Assembly (NCBI GenBank): GCA_050247255.1
Contig: JBFWUM010000002.1
Coordinates: 79,488-143,487, forward strand
Direction: 5' to 3'
DNA length: 64,000 nucleotides
Source: Vicinamibacterales bacterium
GTDB taxonomy: Bacteria > Acidobacteriota > Vicinamibacteria > Vicinamibacterales > UBA2999
Positions 45,351 through 53,756 of this stretch are shown in pieces (the first letter of the stretch is position 1; each line of letters begins with the position of its first letter). The notes under the pieces are model-generated. The model was not told the origin of the DNA and searched no databases. It worked only from the letters and a program-made list of their open reading frames with translations. The position numbers and the translations under genes were made by a program.

Positions 45351-47231
45351 ATGTGTGGCATAGCCGGCGTGCTGAGCGTGCGCGGCGATGCGGTGGCGCT
45401 GCCGCTGCTGCGCCGGATGACCGACGCGCTCGCCCACCGCGGGCCCAACGGCGACGGCCATTACGCCGACGGTCCCGTCGGCCTGGGCCACCGCCGTCTC
45501 GCCGTCATTGACCTGTCGCCCGCCGGGCACCAGCCGATGGCCAACGAGTCGGGCGACGTCGTCCTCACCTACAACGGCGAGATCTACAACTTCCAGGCGC
45601 TGCGCGTGGAGCTCGAGGCGCGCGGCCACCGCTTTCACTCCCGCACCGATTCGGAAGTCGTGGTCCACGCCTACGAGGAATGGGGCGACCGGTGCGTCGA
45701 GCGGTTCAACGGGATGTTCGCCTTCGCGCTCTGGGATGCGAACAACCGCCGCATCCTCCTGGCACGGGATCGTTTCGGGATCAAGCCGCTGTACTACTTT
45801 TGGGACGGCCGCGACCTGGTGTTTGCGTCCGAGGTGAAGGCGGTGCTGTGCCACCCGTCGGTGCCACGGCGGGTATCGCTGCCGGCCCTCAACCAGTACT
45901 TCACGTTCCAGAACGTCCTGACGGACGAGACCCTGTTCGACGGCGTGCGGGTTGTGGCGCCCGGCACCTGCCTGACGCTCGACGCCGGCGCCGGGGCGGC
46001 GCCGCGGTCGCACCGGTACTGGGACTTCGACTTCACCAATCCGCTCGCGATCAGCCGCGAGGAGGCGGCGGAGGAGCTCTTTCACCGATTCGAGCGGGCG
46101 GTGACGCGCCAGCTCGTCAGCGACGTGCCGGTGGGCAGCTACATCAGCGGGGGCATGGACTCGGGATCCATCGCCGCCGTCGCCAGTCGGCACCTGGGCC
46201 GATTGAGCAGCTTCACGTGCGGGTTCGATCTGTCGTCGGCATCGGGTCTCGAGCTCGGCTTCGACGAGCGTGCCCGGGCCGAGGCGCTGGCCAACCGCCT
46301 CAAGTCGGAACACTACGAAGTGGTGCTGCACGCGGGGGACATGGAGCACGTGATGCCGGATCTCATCTGGCATCTGGAAGATCTCCGGGTCGGCCAGTGC
46401 TACCCGAACTACTACGTCGCGCGCCTGGCGAGCAAGTTCGTCACCGTCGTCATGTCGGGTATCGGCGGCGACGAGCTGGCGGCCGGATACCCGTGGCGTT
46501 ACTACCGCGGGGCCGTCAGCGCCGACCACGACGGGTTCCATCGCGCGTACTACGACTTCTGGCAACGGCTCGTGGCCGACGGCGACAAGCCGCAGTTGTT
46601 CGCGCCGGGAGTCTGGTCGGCGGTGCGGGCGCAGTCGACCTACGATGCCTTCCGCGCGGTGATGGACGCGCCCGGGGTTCCCGTCGGGTCGAGCCGCGAG
46701 GATTTCGTCAACCGCTCGCTCTACTTCGAGCTCAAGACCTTCCTGCACGGGCTGCTCGTGCTCGAGGATCGCGTGAGCATGGCCCACGGGCTGGAAACGC
46801 GGGTGCCCTTCCTCGATCACGACCTCGTCGACTTCCTGCAGCGGGTGCCCGTGCGCTACAAGCTGCGGAACCTGGACTCGCCGGGGCCGCTCGTCGACGA
46901 GAACGAGAGCGCCAAGCTCCGGCGTTACGAGTGGCTGACCGGCGACGGCAAGGTGGTGCTGCGAGAGGCGATGGCCCGGGTTGTCCCGCCGGAGGTCACC
47001 GAACGGGCCAAGCAGGGCTTCAGTGCACCGGACGCCAGCTGGTTCCGCGGCGAAAGCATCGACTACATCGATACGCTGCTCGGCAACCGCCGCGCGCGGA
47101 TCTACGACTACCTGCAGGCGCCATACGTCAGCCGGATGCTCGACGAGCACAAACGCGGAGAGCGGAACCACCGGTTGTTCATCTGGTCGCTGCTCAGTTT
47201 CGAGTGGTGGCTGCGCCGGTTCATGGGCTGA
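45351..47231 (+). CDS. asnB: Asparagine synthase (glutamine-hydrolysing) family amidotransferase, paralog 3
   Basis: MCGIAGVLSV, HRGPNGDG, YNGEIYNF, TDSEVVV, YISGGMDSG and VMSGIGGDELAAGY are present. Confidence 0.9.
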   Translation: MCGIAGVLSVRGDAVALPLLRRMTDALAHRGPNGDGHYADGPVGLGHRRLAVIDLSPAGHQPMANESGDVVLTYNGEIYNFQALRVELEARGHRFHSRTDSEVVVHAYEEWGDRCVERFNGMFAFALWDANNRRILLARDRFGIKPLYYFWDGRDLVFASEVKAVLCHPSVPRRVSLPALNQYFTFQNVLTDETLFDGVRVVAPGTCLTLDAGAGAAPRSHRYWDFDFTNPLAISREEAAEELFHRFERAVTRQLVSDVPVGSYISGGMDSGSIAAVASRHLGRLSSFTCGFDLSSASGLELGFDERARAEALANRLKSEHYEVVLHAGDMEHVMPDLIWHLEDLRVGQCYPNYYVARLASKFVTVVMSGIGGDELAAGYPWRYYRGAVSADHDGFHRAYYDFWQRLVADGDKPQLFAPGVWSAVRAQSTYDAFRAVMDAPGVPVGSSREDFVNRSLYFELKTFLHGLLVLEDRVSMAHGLETRVPFLDHDLVDFLQRVPVRYKLRNLDSPGPLVDENESAKLRRYEWLTGDGKVVLREAMARVVPPEVTERAKQGFSAPDASWFRGESIDYIDTLLGNRRARIYDYLQAPYVSRMLDEHKRGERNHRLFIWSLLSFEWWLRRFMG

Positions 47232-47232
47232 C

Positions 47233-48204
47233 GTGGCGGGCATCGTCTTCTTCGGGTGCACGGACACGGGCTGGGATTGCTGCCAGGCGCTGCTCGACGG
47301 GGGTGTCCCGATCGCGGGCATCGTCACCATGCCCGAGGAGTTTCGGATTTCGTGGGCGCCGGGGCCGGTCCGCAACGTTCGACATCGCGACCTTGCACCG
47401 CTGGCCCGCCGTCACGGTGTCCCGGTGCTCGACGGCACGGATGCGGGGCGCCGGCCGGACTTCCGGGAGGCCCTCAGACGCCTCGAACCCGACCTGCTGG
47501 TCGTGGTCGGCTGGTTCCACATGATCGGCCGCTCGCTGCGGGCGCAGGCGCGGCTCGGCGCCGTCGGGGTGCACGCGTCGCTCTTGCCGAAGTACCGCGG
47601 CGGCGCGCCGCTGGTCTGGGCGATCATCAACGGCGAGCGCGAAACCGGCGTCAGCCTGTTTCATTTCGCCGATGGTGTCGATGACGGCGACATCGTGGCG
47701 CAGGCGCGGATCCCGATTGGACCCGACGACACGATCGCGGAGGTGGTGGCGCGCGCGAACGTGGCCGCCGTCGGGCTTGCCGCGCGCCATGTCCCGGGCA
47801 TTCTCGCCGGGACCGCGCCGCGGATGCGGCAAGCGGAGGCGGAGGCGACACGGGTGCCCCAGCGGTCGCCGGCAGACGGGCAGTTCGACTGGGTGGCCCT
47901 GCCGTCCGCGACTGTCCACAACTGGGTTCGCGCGCAGACGCACCCTTATCCGGGGGCATTCACCAGTGTCGACGGGCTCGCCGTTCGCGTCTGGCGCACC
48001 CGGCTGCCGCGGGAGTTCCCGGAGACGAACCGGCCGGGCGCGCATGGCGCCGGCGCCGCCGGCTGGCGGGTATGGTGCGGCGACGCACGCCCCCTCGAGT
48101 TCACGGAGGCGAGCATCGACGGGTCGCCATCGATGACGGGCCCTGCACTTGTCGAGGCGATGGCGGCAAAGCTCGGCACGCAGGCGCCGACCAGGACGCC
48201 ATGA
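47233..48204 (+). CDS. Fmt/ArnA-type formyltransferase with C-terminal domain (candidate sugar N-formyltransferase)
   Basis: GTG 47233, 1 nt after the asnB stop. IVFFGCTDTG, VVVGWFHMI, VHASLLPKYRGGAPLVWAIINGE and SLFHFADGVDDGDIV are present. Confidence 0.85.
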   Translation: MAGIVFFGCTDTGWDCCQALLDGGVPIAGIVTMPEEFRISWAPGPVRNVRHRDLAPLARRHGVPVLDGTDAGRRPDFREALRRLEPDLLVVVGWFHMIGRSLRAQARLGAVGVHASLLPKYRGGAPLVWAIINGERETGVSLFHFADGVDDGDIVAQARIPIGPDDTIAEVVARANVAAVGLAARHVPGILAGTAPRMRQAEAEATRVPQRSPADGQFDWVALPSATVHNWVRAQTHPYPGAFTSVDGLAVRVWRTRLPREFPETNRPGAHGAGAAGWRVWCGDARPLEFTEASIDGSPSMTGPALVEAMAAKLGTQAPTRTP

Positions 48205-49793
48205 CGTCAGCCGCGATCCTTGAGGTCGGCGGGCGGGATGAGCGTGAGCGGTCGTATTCGTTTCGCGGATGGCGCCGTTCGCAGCTCTGGCCGATGGCGG
48301 GGGGAAGCGGGCTCGGTGTCGCCGGAGCCTGGAACTTCCTCCTGCGCACCGGCAGACGGCCGCTGCTGCTGAAGCCGGCCGACGTTGGCGCGTTTGACGA
48401 CGCCTCGCTCCTGGTGGTCTGTCTCGATCGGGCCGGCGCCGGAGCGGCCACTGGAGCCCTCCGTGCCCGTATCGCGCGCGGGGGGCGGGTCCTGGCCAGT
48501 GGCTCGGCCGAGGGGTGGCGTGCGGTCCTGCCAGAACAGTTCGCAGGGACCACCAGCACCCCAGAGCAGCCAGATGCCGGTCTTGCCTACCGGTTCGGCG
48601 ATCGCGTCGGGCTCGTCGGGCCGCCGCGATGGCCGGTCTTTTCCTGCGATCGCTGGCCTGATGATGCCGTCGGGTTCGGCGAGGTGGTGGCGGTTGGAGG
48701 CGAGCGGCAGACGCCGGCACGCGCGCTGCTCACCCGGATGAACGGGGCGGCCGCCGTCGTGCGCTGGAAGGGAGTCGTCTTCCTCAACGGGTCGCCCTTC
48801 CATGCGTTGCAGGCCTGGCTACAGGGCCAGGAGGACGTCGAGCCGTGGATGGCCTGGCGCCATCGTCTCTTCTGGCTCGATGAGTTCGTCGGCGATCTCC
48901 TGGGCTGGCTCAGGATCGCGGGTGTGGAACTGCCGCCGACCGGGCCGACGCCCGTCGCGGGCCTTGCCGCCACCACCGTGGTCCTGCGCCATGATCTCGA
49001 CTATTCGCGGGACACCGCGTACATCGACCTGGAGGACGCATGCGGCGTCCCTGCGGTCCATGCGGTTCTGCGGGATCGCAACACCCGTTTCTGGGTGGAG
49101 CGGCTCCGGCGATCGCCTCAGCACGAGGTCGCGTTTCACTACAACACGGCGCGGTTTTCGCGCGTCTGGAACCGGCTGCGGACGACGTTGGGATTCCCGG
49201 CCACGACCTATGCGCCGGCACGGACGAGCATCACGCGACACGGGCTGCGGCGCCAGGTGGCCTGGGCCCGACGGCACGGCGTGGCCGTCGGCACCCTGCA
49301 TCGGCACCTCCCGTTTCTCATCTACCCTGAATGGATTGACGCGTTCGACGAGGTGCTGACACGCGAGGCGACGGTGCTCGGGGGATCGAGTCTGTTCCGC
49401 GGACAGGTCCTCCGGTGGGGAGTTGACCGCGCCGACGGCATGCGCGGCACCTACGCGCAGTTTCCGGACGCGCAGTTCCCCTTATGGATGCCGTTCAAGG
49501 TGGCTCACGCAGCCGAGCAACGAATCCTTCGCGGGTGGGAGAGCGCCAGTGTGATGGAAGCGGAGCCGGAGTTGGTGGCCCAGCTGCTCAGTCACCGCGT
49601 CGAGGGGCTGCCGCAACGCGTGATCACGCTTAACTACCATCCCGCCCATGCCAACCGGCCGACGTTCTACCGCGCCGGGAGCCTGCCGGCCTTCCGCCGC
49701 GTGCTGGAGCTTATCCGGGACAGCGGCGCCGAGGTACGCACGCTGGCGTCGGTGTACCGGGTCATGCAGCAATTCGTATCGGCCGCCGCATGA
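48201..49793 (+). CDS. Hypothetical protein (530 aa); C-terminal half resembles a polysaccharide-deacetylase/NodB-like or related hydrolase fold
   Basis: ATG 48201 (ATGA overlap). TVVLRHDLDYSRD and later His-rich motifs (AFHYN, TLHRH, NYHPAH) are present. The N-terminal half is unassigned. Confidence 0.45.
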   Translation: MTSAAILEVGGRDERERSYSFRGWRRSQLWPMAGGSGLGVAGAWNFLLRTGRRPLLLKPADVGAFDDASLLVVCLDRAGAGAATGALRARIARGGRVLASGSAEGWRAVLPEQFAGTTSTPEQPDAGLAYRFGDRVGLVGPPRWPVFSCDRWPDDAVGFGEVVAVGGERQTPARALLTRMNGAAAVVRWKGVVFLNGSPFHALQAWLQGQEDVEPWMAWRHRLFWLDEFVGDLLGWLRIAGVELPPTGPTPVAGLAATTVVLRHDLDYSRDTAYIDLEDACGVPAVHAVLRDRNTRFWVERLRRSPQHEVAFHYNTARFSRVWNRLRTTLGFPATTYAPARTSITRHGLRRQVAWARRHGVAVGTLHRHLPFLIYPEWIDAFDEVLTREATVLGGSSLFRGQVLRWGVDRADGMRGTYAQFPDAQFPLWMPFKVAHAAEQRILRGWESASVMEAEPELVAQLLSHRVEGLPQRVITLNYHPAHANRPTFYRAGSLPAFRRVLELIRDSGAEVRTLASVYRVMQQFVSAAA

Positions 49794-50704
49794 CCGCCAC
49801 AGACCAGTGGCGGGATGTCGCGTGCCCCTGGTGTGGTGCCGCCGTTGGCCCGTCAGCAGTCGGCGCCGGCAGTTGCTCGTCGTGCGGCGCCGTTGTGCGT
49901 GGCTCCGGCCCACTCGAGTGGGTCGCGCCCTCAGGCAATCGACTCACCACACGTCGCAGCGTGCGAGGCCTGCTGCGCAGCCAGCTCAATCCGCTGACCA
50001 GCTGGTTCATGCCCTTCCGGCACGTGACGGCACGAAGGCTGGAAGCCTACTACCGGCGCACGCTTTCGGATGTCGGACTCGCCGAGCGGTGGGCAGCGCA
50101 CTACCTGGGCGGCCTCGACATCCCTGCCGGAGCTGCCGTGCTGGATCACGGTAGCGGGCGCGGCCGTCACATCGCGATTCTTCAGCGCCTCGGATACCGC
50201 GTCTCCGGCCAGGACATGGCCGGCCACGCGTGGTGGGACCGCCTCCGCCCGGCGAGTTTGCAGGTGGTCCCGCCCGCGGCCCCGCGCCTGCCTTGGCGCG
50301 ATGGGTCGTTCCATTTGGTGCTGGACGTCGAGGTACTTCACTACCTGGACGAAGCCAGTCTGGCGAGGCACGTCGCGGAAGTGCACCGCGTGCTCGCGGC
50401 CGGCGGGTATTGGGTGCTCGTTGAAGCCAACGACCAGGCGTACGGGGCCTTCTTGCCGCGCCGCTTCATGGGCCGGCTACATTCGGAGGAGGTCATCCGA
50501 CGCCTCACAGCTCACAGGTTTTCCACGATCGACGCCGGCTACGAAGGCGTCTATGCGCCGTATGTTCCCAGGCTCGTGAACTTCATACGCCAGCAGGCCT
50601 GGCCGGGGCCCTACGATCCGGCCGACTATGGATCGTGGCTTGAGCGGAGAATCCCTGCGCGCCGACGGGCGATGTGGCGGATGCGGCTTCGGAAGATCAC
50701 GTGA
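49790..50704 (+). CDS. Class I SAM-dependent methyltransferase with N-terminal Cys4 zinc-ribbon
   Basis: ATG 49790 (ATGA overlap). CPWCG...CSSCG is followed by VLDHGSGRGRH, FHLVLDVEVLHYL and LAAGGYWVLV. Confidence 0.8.
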   Translation: MTATDQWRDVACPWCGAAVGPSAVGAGSCSSCGAVVRGSGPLEWVAPSGNRLTTRRSVRGLLRSQLNPLTSWFMPFRHVTARRLEAYYRRTLSDVGLAERWAAHYLGGLDIPAGAAVLDHGSGRGRHIAILQRLGYRVSGQDMAGHAWWDRLRPASLQVVPPAAPRLPWRDGSFHLVLDVEVLHYLDEASLARHVAEVHRVLAAGGYWVLVEANDQAYGAFLPRRFMGRLHSEEVIRRLTAHRFSTIDAGYEGVYAPYVPRLVNFIRQQAWPGPYDPADYGSWLERRIPARRRAMWRMRLRKIT

Positions 50705-52173
50705 CATTCCTGCGCGACGCGCAGTCGCTGATCGCACTGCTATTCGGGCGAGCGTTTGCCGTGGCGGCAGGCCTGCTGGTCTCGGTCGTGATCGGACGGA
50801 CGCTCGGGCCCGATGCTCTCGGGCGCTGGACCCTCCTGGTTGCTGCCGCGACGATGCTGCACACGTTGTTGTTGAACTGGACGCACGCATCGACCGTTCG
50901 CTTCGGCGTAGAGGAGTGGAGCGCTCACCACAGCCTGTCGCAGACACTGTCGGCTCGGTTGCCGTTCTTGGTGGGCGGCGGGATGGCGATTGGCACACTC
51001 CTGTGGCTACAGCCATTCGAGTGGCTCGAGCGCGGGTTCGGGCTGGCCTCGGGGACGGCCGGGGTGGTTGGCCTCTACGTGGGTGCGCTCTGGATTGTCG
51101 CCGAGTGCCAGGCCACGCTGCAGGCGACCGGTCGCATTCCCCTCCAGGCGATGGTCGGCGTGGTGGCGTCGGCCTGCATGGTTGGTGCGGTGGTCCTGAT
51201 GGGGGCTCGCAACGGCAGCATTCCGCAGTTTGGGATCGCCGTCGCGCTGGCACTGGGCCTGCCCTGGCTGACCGTCTGGCTCGCGGTGCTGGCTCGGGCG
51301 CAAACCCGGCTCGCGGCGCCGCCGGTGGCCGACGTGCGGCGCCATCTCCTCTACGCGGCGCCGCTGAGCGCGGGGTTTGCGGTTGGCTACCTTTCGGACT
51401 GGGGAGACCACCTCCTGCTCGGTTCCTTCGCGACGACCGTCGACCTTGGGCAGTTTGGCCTCGCGTATCAGGTCTTTGTGTCAATCATGGCCGCCCACGG
51501 CCTGCTGTCGACGGTGGTCCTGCCGCGATTGATCAACCTCGAAATGCGGGCTCCCGGAACGTCGCAGCGGTACGTCGCCGAAGCGGTGCCTGCGCTGCTG
51601 GTTGCCTGGGCACTGGCGACACAGGTTGCGGTTGTCGTCCTGCCCGGGCTCCTTCCCGTTGCGGCAGGGAGTGACTTCGAGGCTGCCGCCGCAACCCTTC
51701 GTTTGCTCGGCGTCGTGGTGCCGTCGGCGGCCGTAACCAGCCTCTACTCTGTGCTCTTCAGCGTTCAGGGGCGGCTCGGACGCCTGGTCGTCTACCTGGC
51801 GCTGATGACCGCGACCAACCTGTGCCTCTCGGTGCTGTTGATACCGTCGTTTGGGGCCGCCGGTGCCGCGGCAGGGACCGTCGCCTCATATCTGTTCGGC
51901 CAAATCGTCTACATGACCGATCAGCACTGGTATCTGGACATGCGCCTCGATCGAGTGCTGCCGGTGTGGTTGACGGCGGTATTCAGCGGAATGCTGCAGG
52001 CGCCGCCAGAGCTCCCCTGGTTGTTCCGACTCGCTTCCTGCGGGGTTGGTCTCACCGCAATCATCGTGGCCGCGCGGCGCTTTGAATCGGTCTCACCAAA
52101 ATTGATGGACGACTGCTTCGGGACCCGCCCTGGGGCGGCCGGCAACTTCGTTCGACGTCTGCTGATTGCCTGA
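50701..52173 (+). CDS. Oligosaccharide flippase-like (Wzx/MOP superfamily), copy 2
   Basis: Multi-pass hydrophobic protein (GLLVSVVIGRTLGPDALGRWTLL...). I prefer GTG 50701 (GTGA overlap with the upstream stop); the track start GTG 50674 is the alternative. Confidence 0.7.
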   Translation: MTFLRDAQSLIALLFGRAFAVAAGLLVSVVIGRTLGPDALGRWTLLVAAATMLHTLLLNWTHASTVRFGVEEWSAHHSLSQTLSARLPFLVGGGMAIGTLLWLQPFEWLERGFGLASGTAGVVGLYVGALWIVAECQATLQATGRIPLQAMVGVVASACMVGAVVLMGARNGSIPQFGIAVALALGLPWLTVWLAVLARAQTRLAAPPVADVRRHLLYAAPLSAGFAVGYLSDWGDHLLLGSFATTVDLGQFGLAYQVFVSIMAAHGLLSTVVLPRLINLEMRAPGTSQRYVAEAVPALLVAWALATQVAVVVLPGLLPVAAGSDFEAAAATLRLLGVVVPSAAVTSLYSVLFSVQGRLGRLVVYLALMTATNLCLSVLLIPSFGAAGAAAGTVASYLFGQIVYMTDQHWYLDMRLDRVLPVWLTAVFSGMLQAPPELPWLFRLASCGVGLTAIIVAARRFESVSPKLMDDCFGTRPGAAGNFVRRLLIA

Positions 52174-53740
52174 CACATTGACGACCGTCGGCATCGTCGT
52201 CGTCATTCTCGCCGCGTGGCTCTTGCGCTCCGTGCCGCAGTGGCTGTCGCCGGCCGGCGCCGGCGTCGATCACTGGTACTGGAAGACGTACGTCGAAACC
52301 TACCGACGGACGGGCGAGTTCCCGCCGCGCCTGCCGCAGTACGTGCTCGAGGAGGGGCAGTGGTATCCGCCGTTGTTCGGCGTCCTGCTGGCCCACCTGC
52401 CATCGGCGCTGCTGGATCGATGGAGTCAACAGGTTGCCGTCCTCATCGATCTGGGCCGTCTCGCGCTCCTGCTCGGCATCGCCGCGTGGCAGAGCGGCGG
52501 CAACGACGCCGTGCTCATCGTCGCCGGGCTGGTCTACGCCACCACGCCGATCCAGATCTCCTACAACAGCCAGCTGAACCCGCGCGGACTCGCGGCGATG
52601 ATGCTCGACGGGTTGTTGATGGCGCTGCTGTCGGTCCTGGTGCAGGGAGGGCAGTGGTGGGTCTGGCTCCTTGTCGTCGTCCTCGGCGGGTTGATCCTGC
52701 TCACCCACAAGATGACGACGCAGCTGCTCCTGGTGCTCGTCGTCGGCACCGCCGCGATCTACCGCCGGCCGGAGCTGCTCCTGCTGGTGCCCGCGTGCAT
52801 GGCAGCGGCGCTCGTCCTCAGCCGCGGGTTCTACTGGAAGGTCCTGCGGGCGCACCTGGACATCGTCCAGTTCTGGCACCGAAACTGGCGATGGATCGGC
52901 GCCGATCCGATCCGCGAGTCGCCGATCTACGGTGATGGGTCGTATGAGCGGCCCGAAAAGCTGCACAAGACAGGGCTGCGCGGCGTGCTCTGGCACGCCT
53001 TCATCCTGCTTGGGTTCAATCCGGCGGCGTGGATTGCCTGTTTGCTGGTCTACGAGCGCGTGTTCGCCCCATCGGCGCTGCTCATCTATCCGACGCCGTT
53101 TCTCCTGTGGCTGCTGCTGGCCTGCCTTTGGGCGGTCCTGACGTCGATCGTCGTGCCGCTGAAGCGCTTCGGCGCCGGCTATCTCTACGTCTACAACACG
53201 TCGCTGCTGGCCTCGCTCGTCCTTGGTCTCACCTACGCGTACACGCGCTCGCCCGTGCTCTCGACCTCGGTCGTCGCGATCGCGATCGGGCTCAACCTCC
53301 TCGGGGTGGCGCTCTACTACCGGCAGTTCCTGCACAGCCGCCGGGCGCGTGTGGACGAGGGACTGGATCGGATGCTGAACCGGCTCGCCGCCTGCGATCG
53401 CGGTGTGGTCATGTGCCTGCCGGCCAACTGGTACGAAGTGGTGGCGTATCGCACCGGCCAGCCGGTGCTGTGGGGGGCGCACGGCTACGGCTTTCGGCTG
53501 ATCGAGCCGACGTGGCCCCGGGTCCTGATGCCGCTCGATGAACTGATGCGTCGCTACGACGTGCGGTATCTGCTCACCATGGAAGGGATGCTGACGCCGG
53601 AGGCGGAGCGGGACCTGCCGTCGGGCACGTGCGTGAGCGACGATACCTATCGGCTCTACTGTTTCAACCAGGGGGCGCCCGCCGCCGCGGCGCCGGCAGG
53701 TGCGGGCGTCGCGGTCGCCGGCGAGGCCGGACGCGGGTGA
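52166..53740 (+). CDS. Polytopic membrane protein (GT-C-like or Wzy-like polymerase candidate) with C-terminal soluble domain
   Basis: 524 aa with TTG start and about 11 hydrophobic segments. No family motif recognised. Confidence 0.55.
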   Translation: MPDTLTTVGIVVVILAAWLLRSVPQWLSPAGAGVDHWYWKTYVETYRRTGEFPPRLPQYVLEEGQWYPPLFGVLLAHLPSALLDRWSQQVAVLIDLGRLALLLGIAAWQSGGNDAVLIVAGLVYATTPIQISYNSQLNPRGLAAMMLDGLLMALLSVLVQGGQWWVWLLVVVLGGLILLTHKMTTQLLLVLVVGTAAIYRRPELLLLVPACMAAALVLSRGFYWKVLRAHLDIVQFWHRNWRWIGADPIRESPIYGDGSYERPEKLHKTGLRGVLWHAFILLGFNPAAWIACLLVYERVFAPSALLIYPTPFLLWLLLACLWAVLTSIVVPLKRFGAGYLYVYNTSLLASLVLGLTYAYTRSPVLSTSVVAIAIGLNLLGVALYYRQFLHSRRARVDEGLDRMLNRLAACDRGVVMCLPANWYEVVAYRTGQPVLWGAHGYGFRLIEPTWPRVLMPLDELMRRYDVRYLLTMEGMLTPEAERDLPSGTCVSDDTYRLYCFNQGAPAAAAPAGAGVAVAGEAGRG

Positions 53741-53756
53741 TACGCTAGATCTGCAG

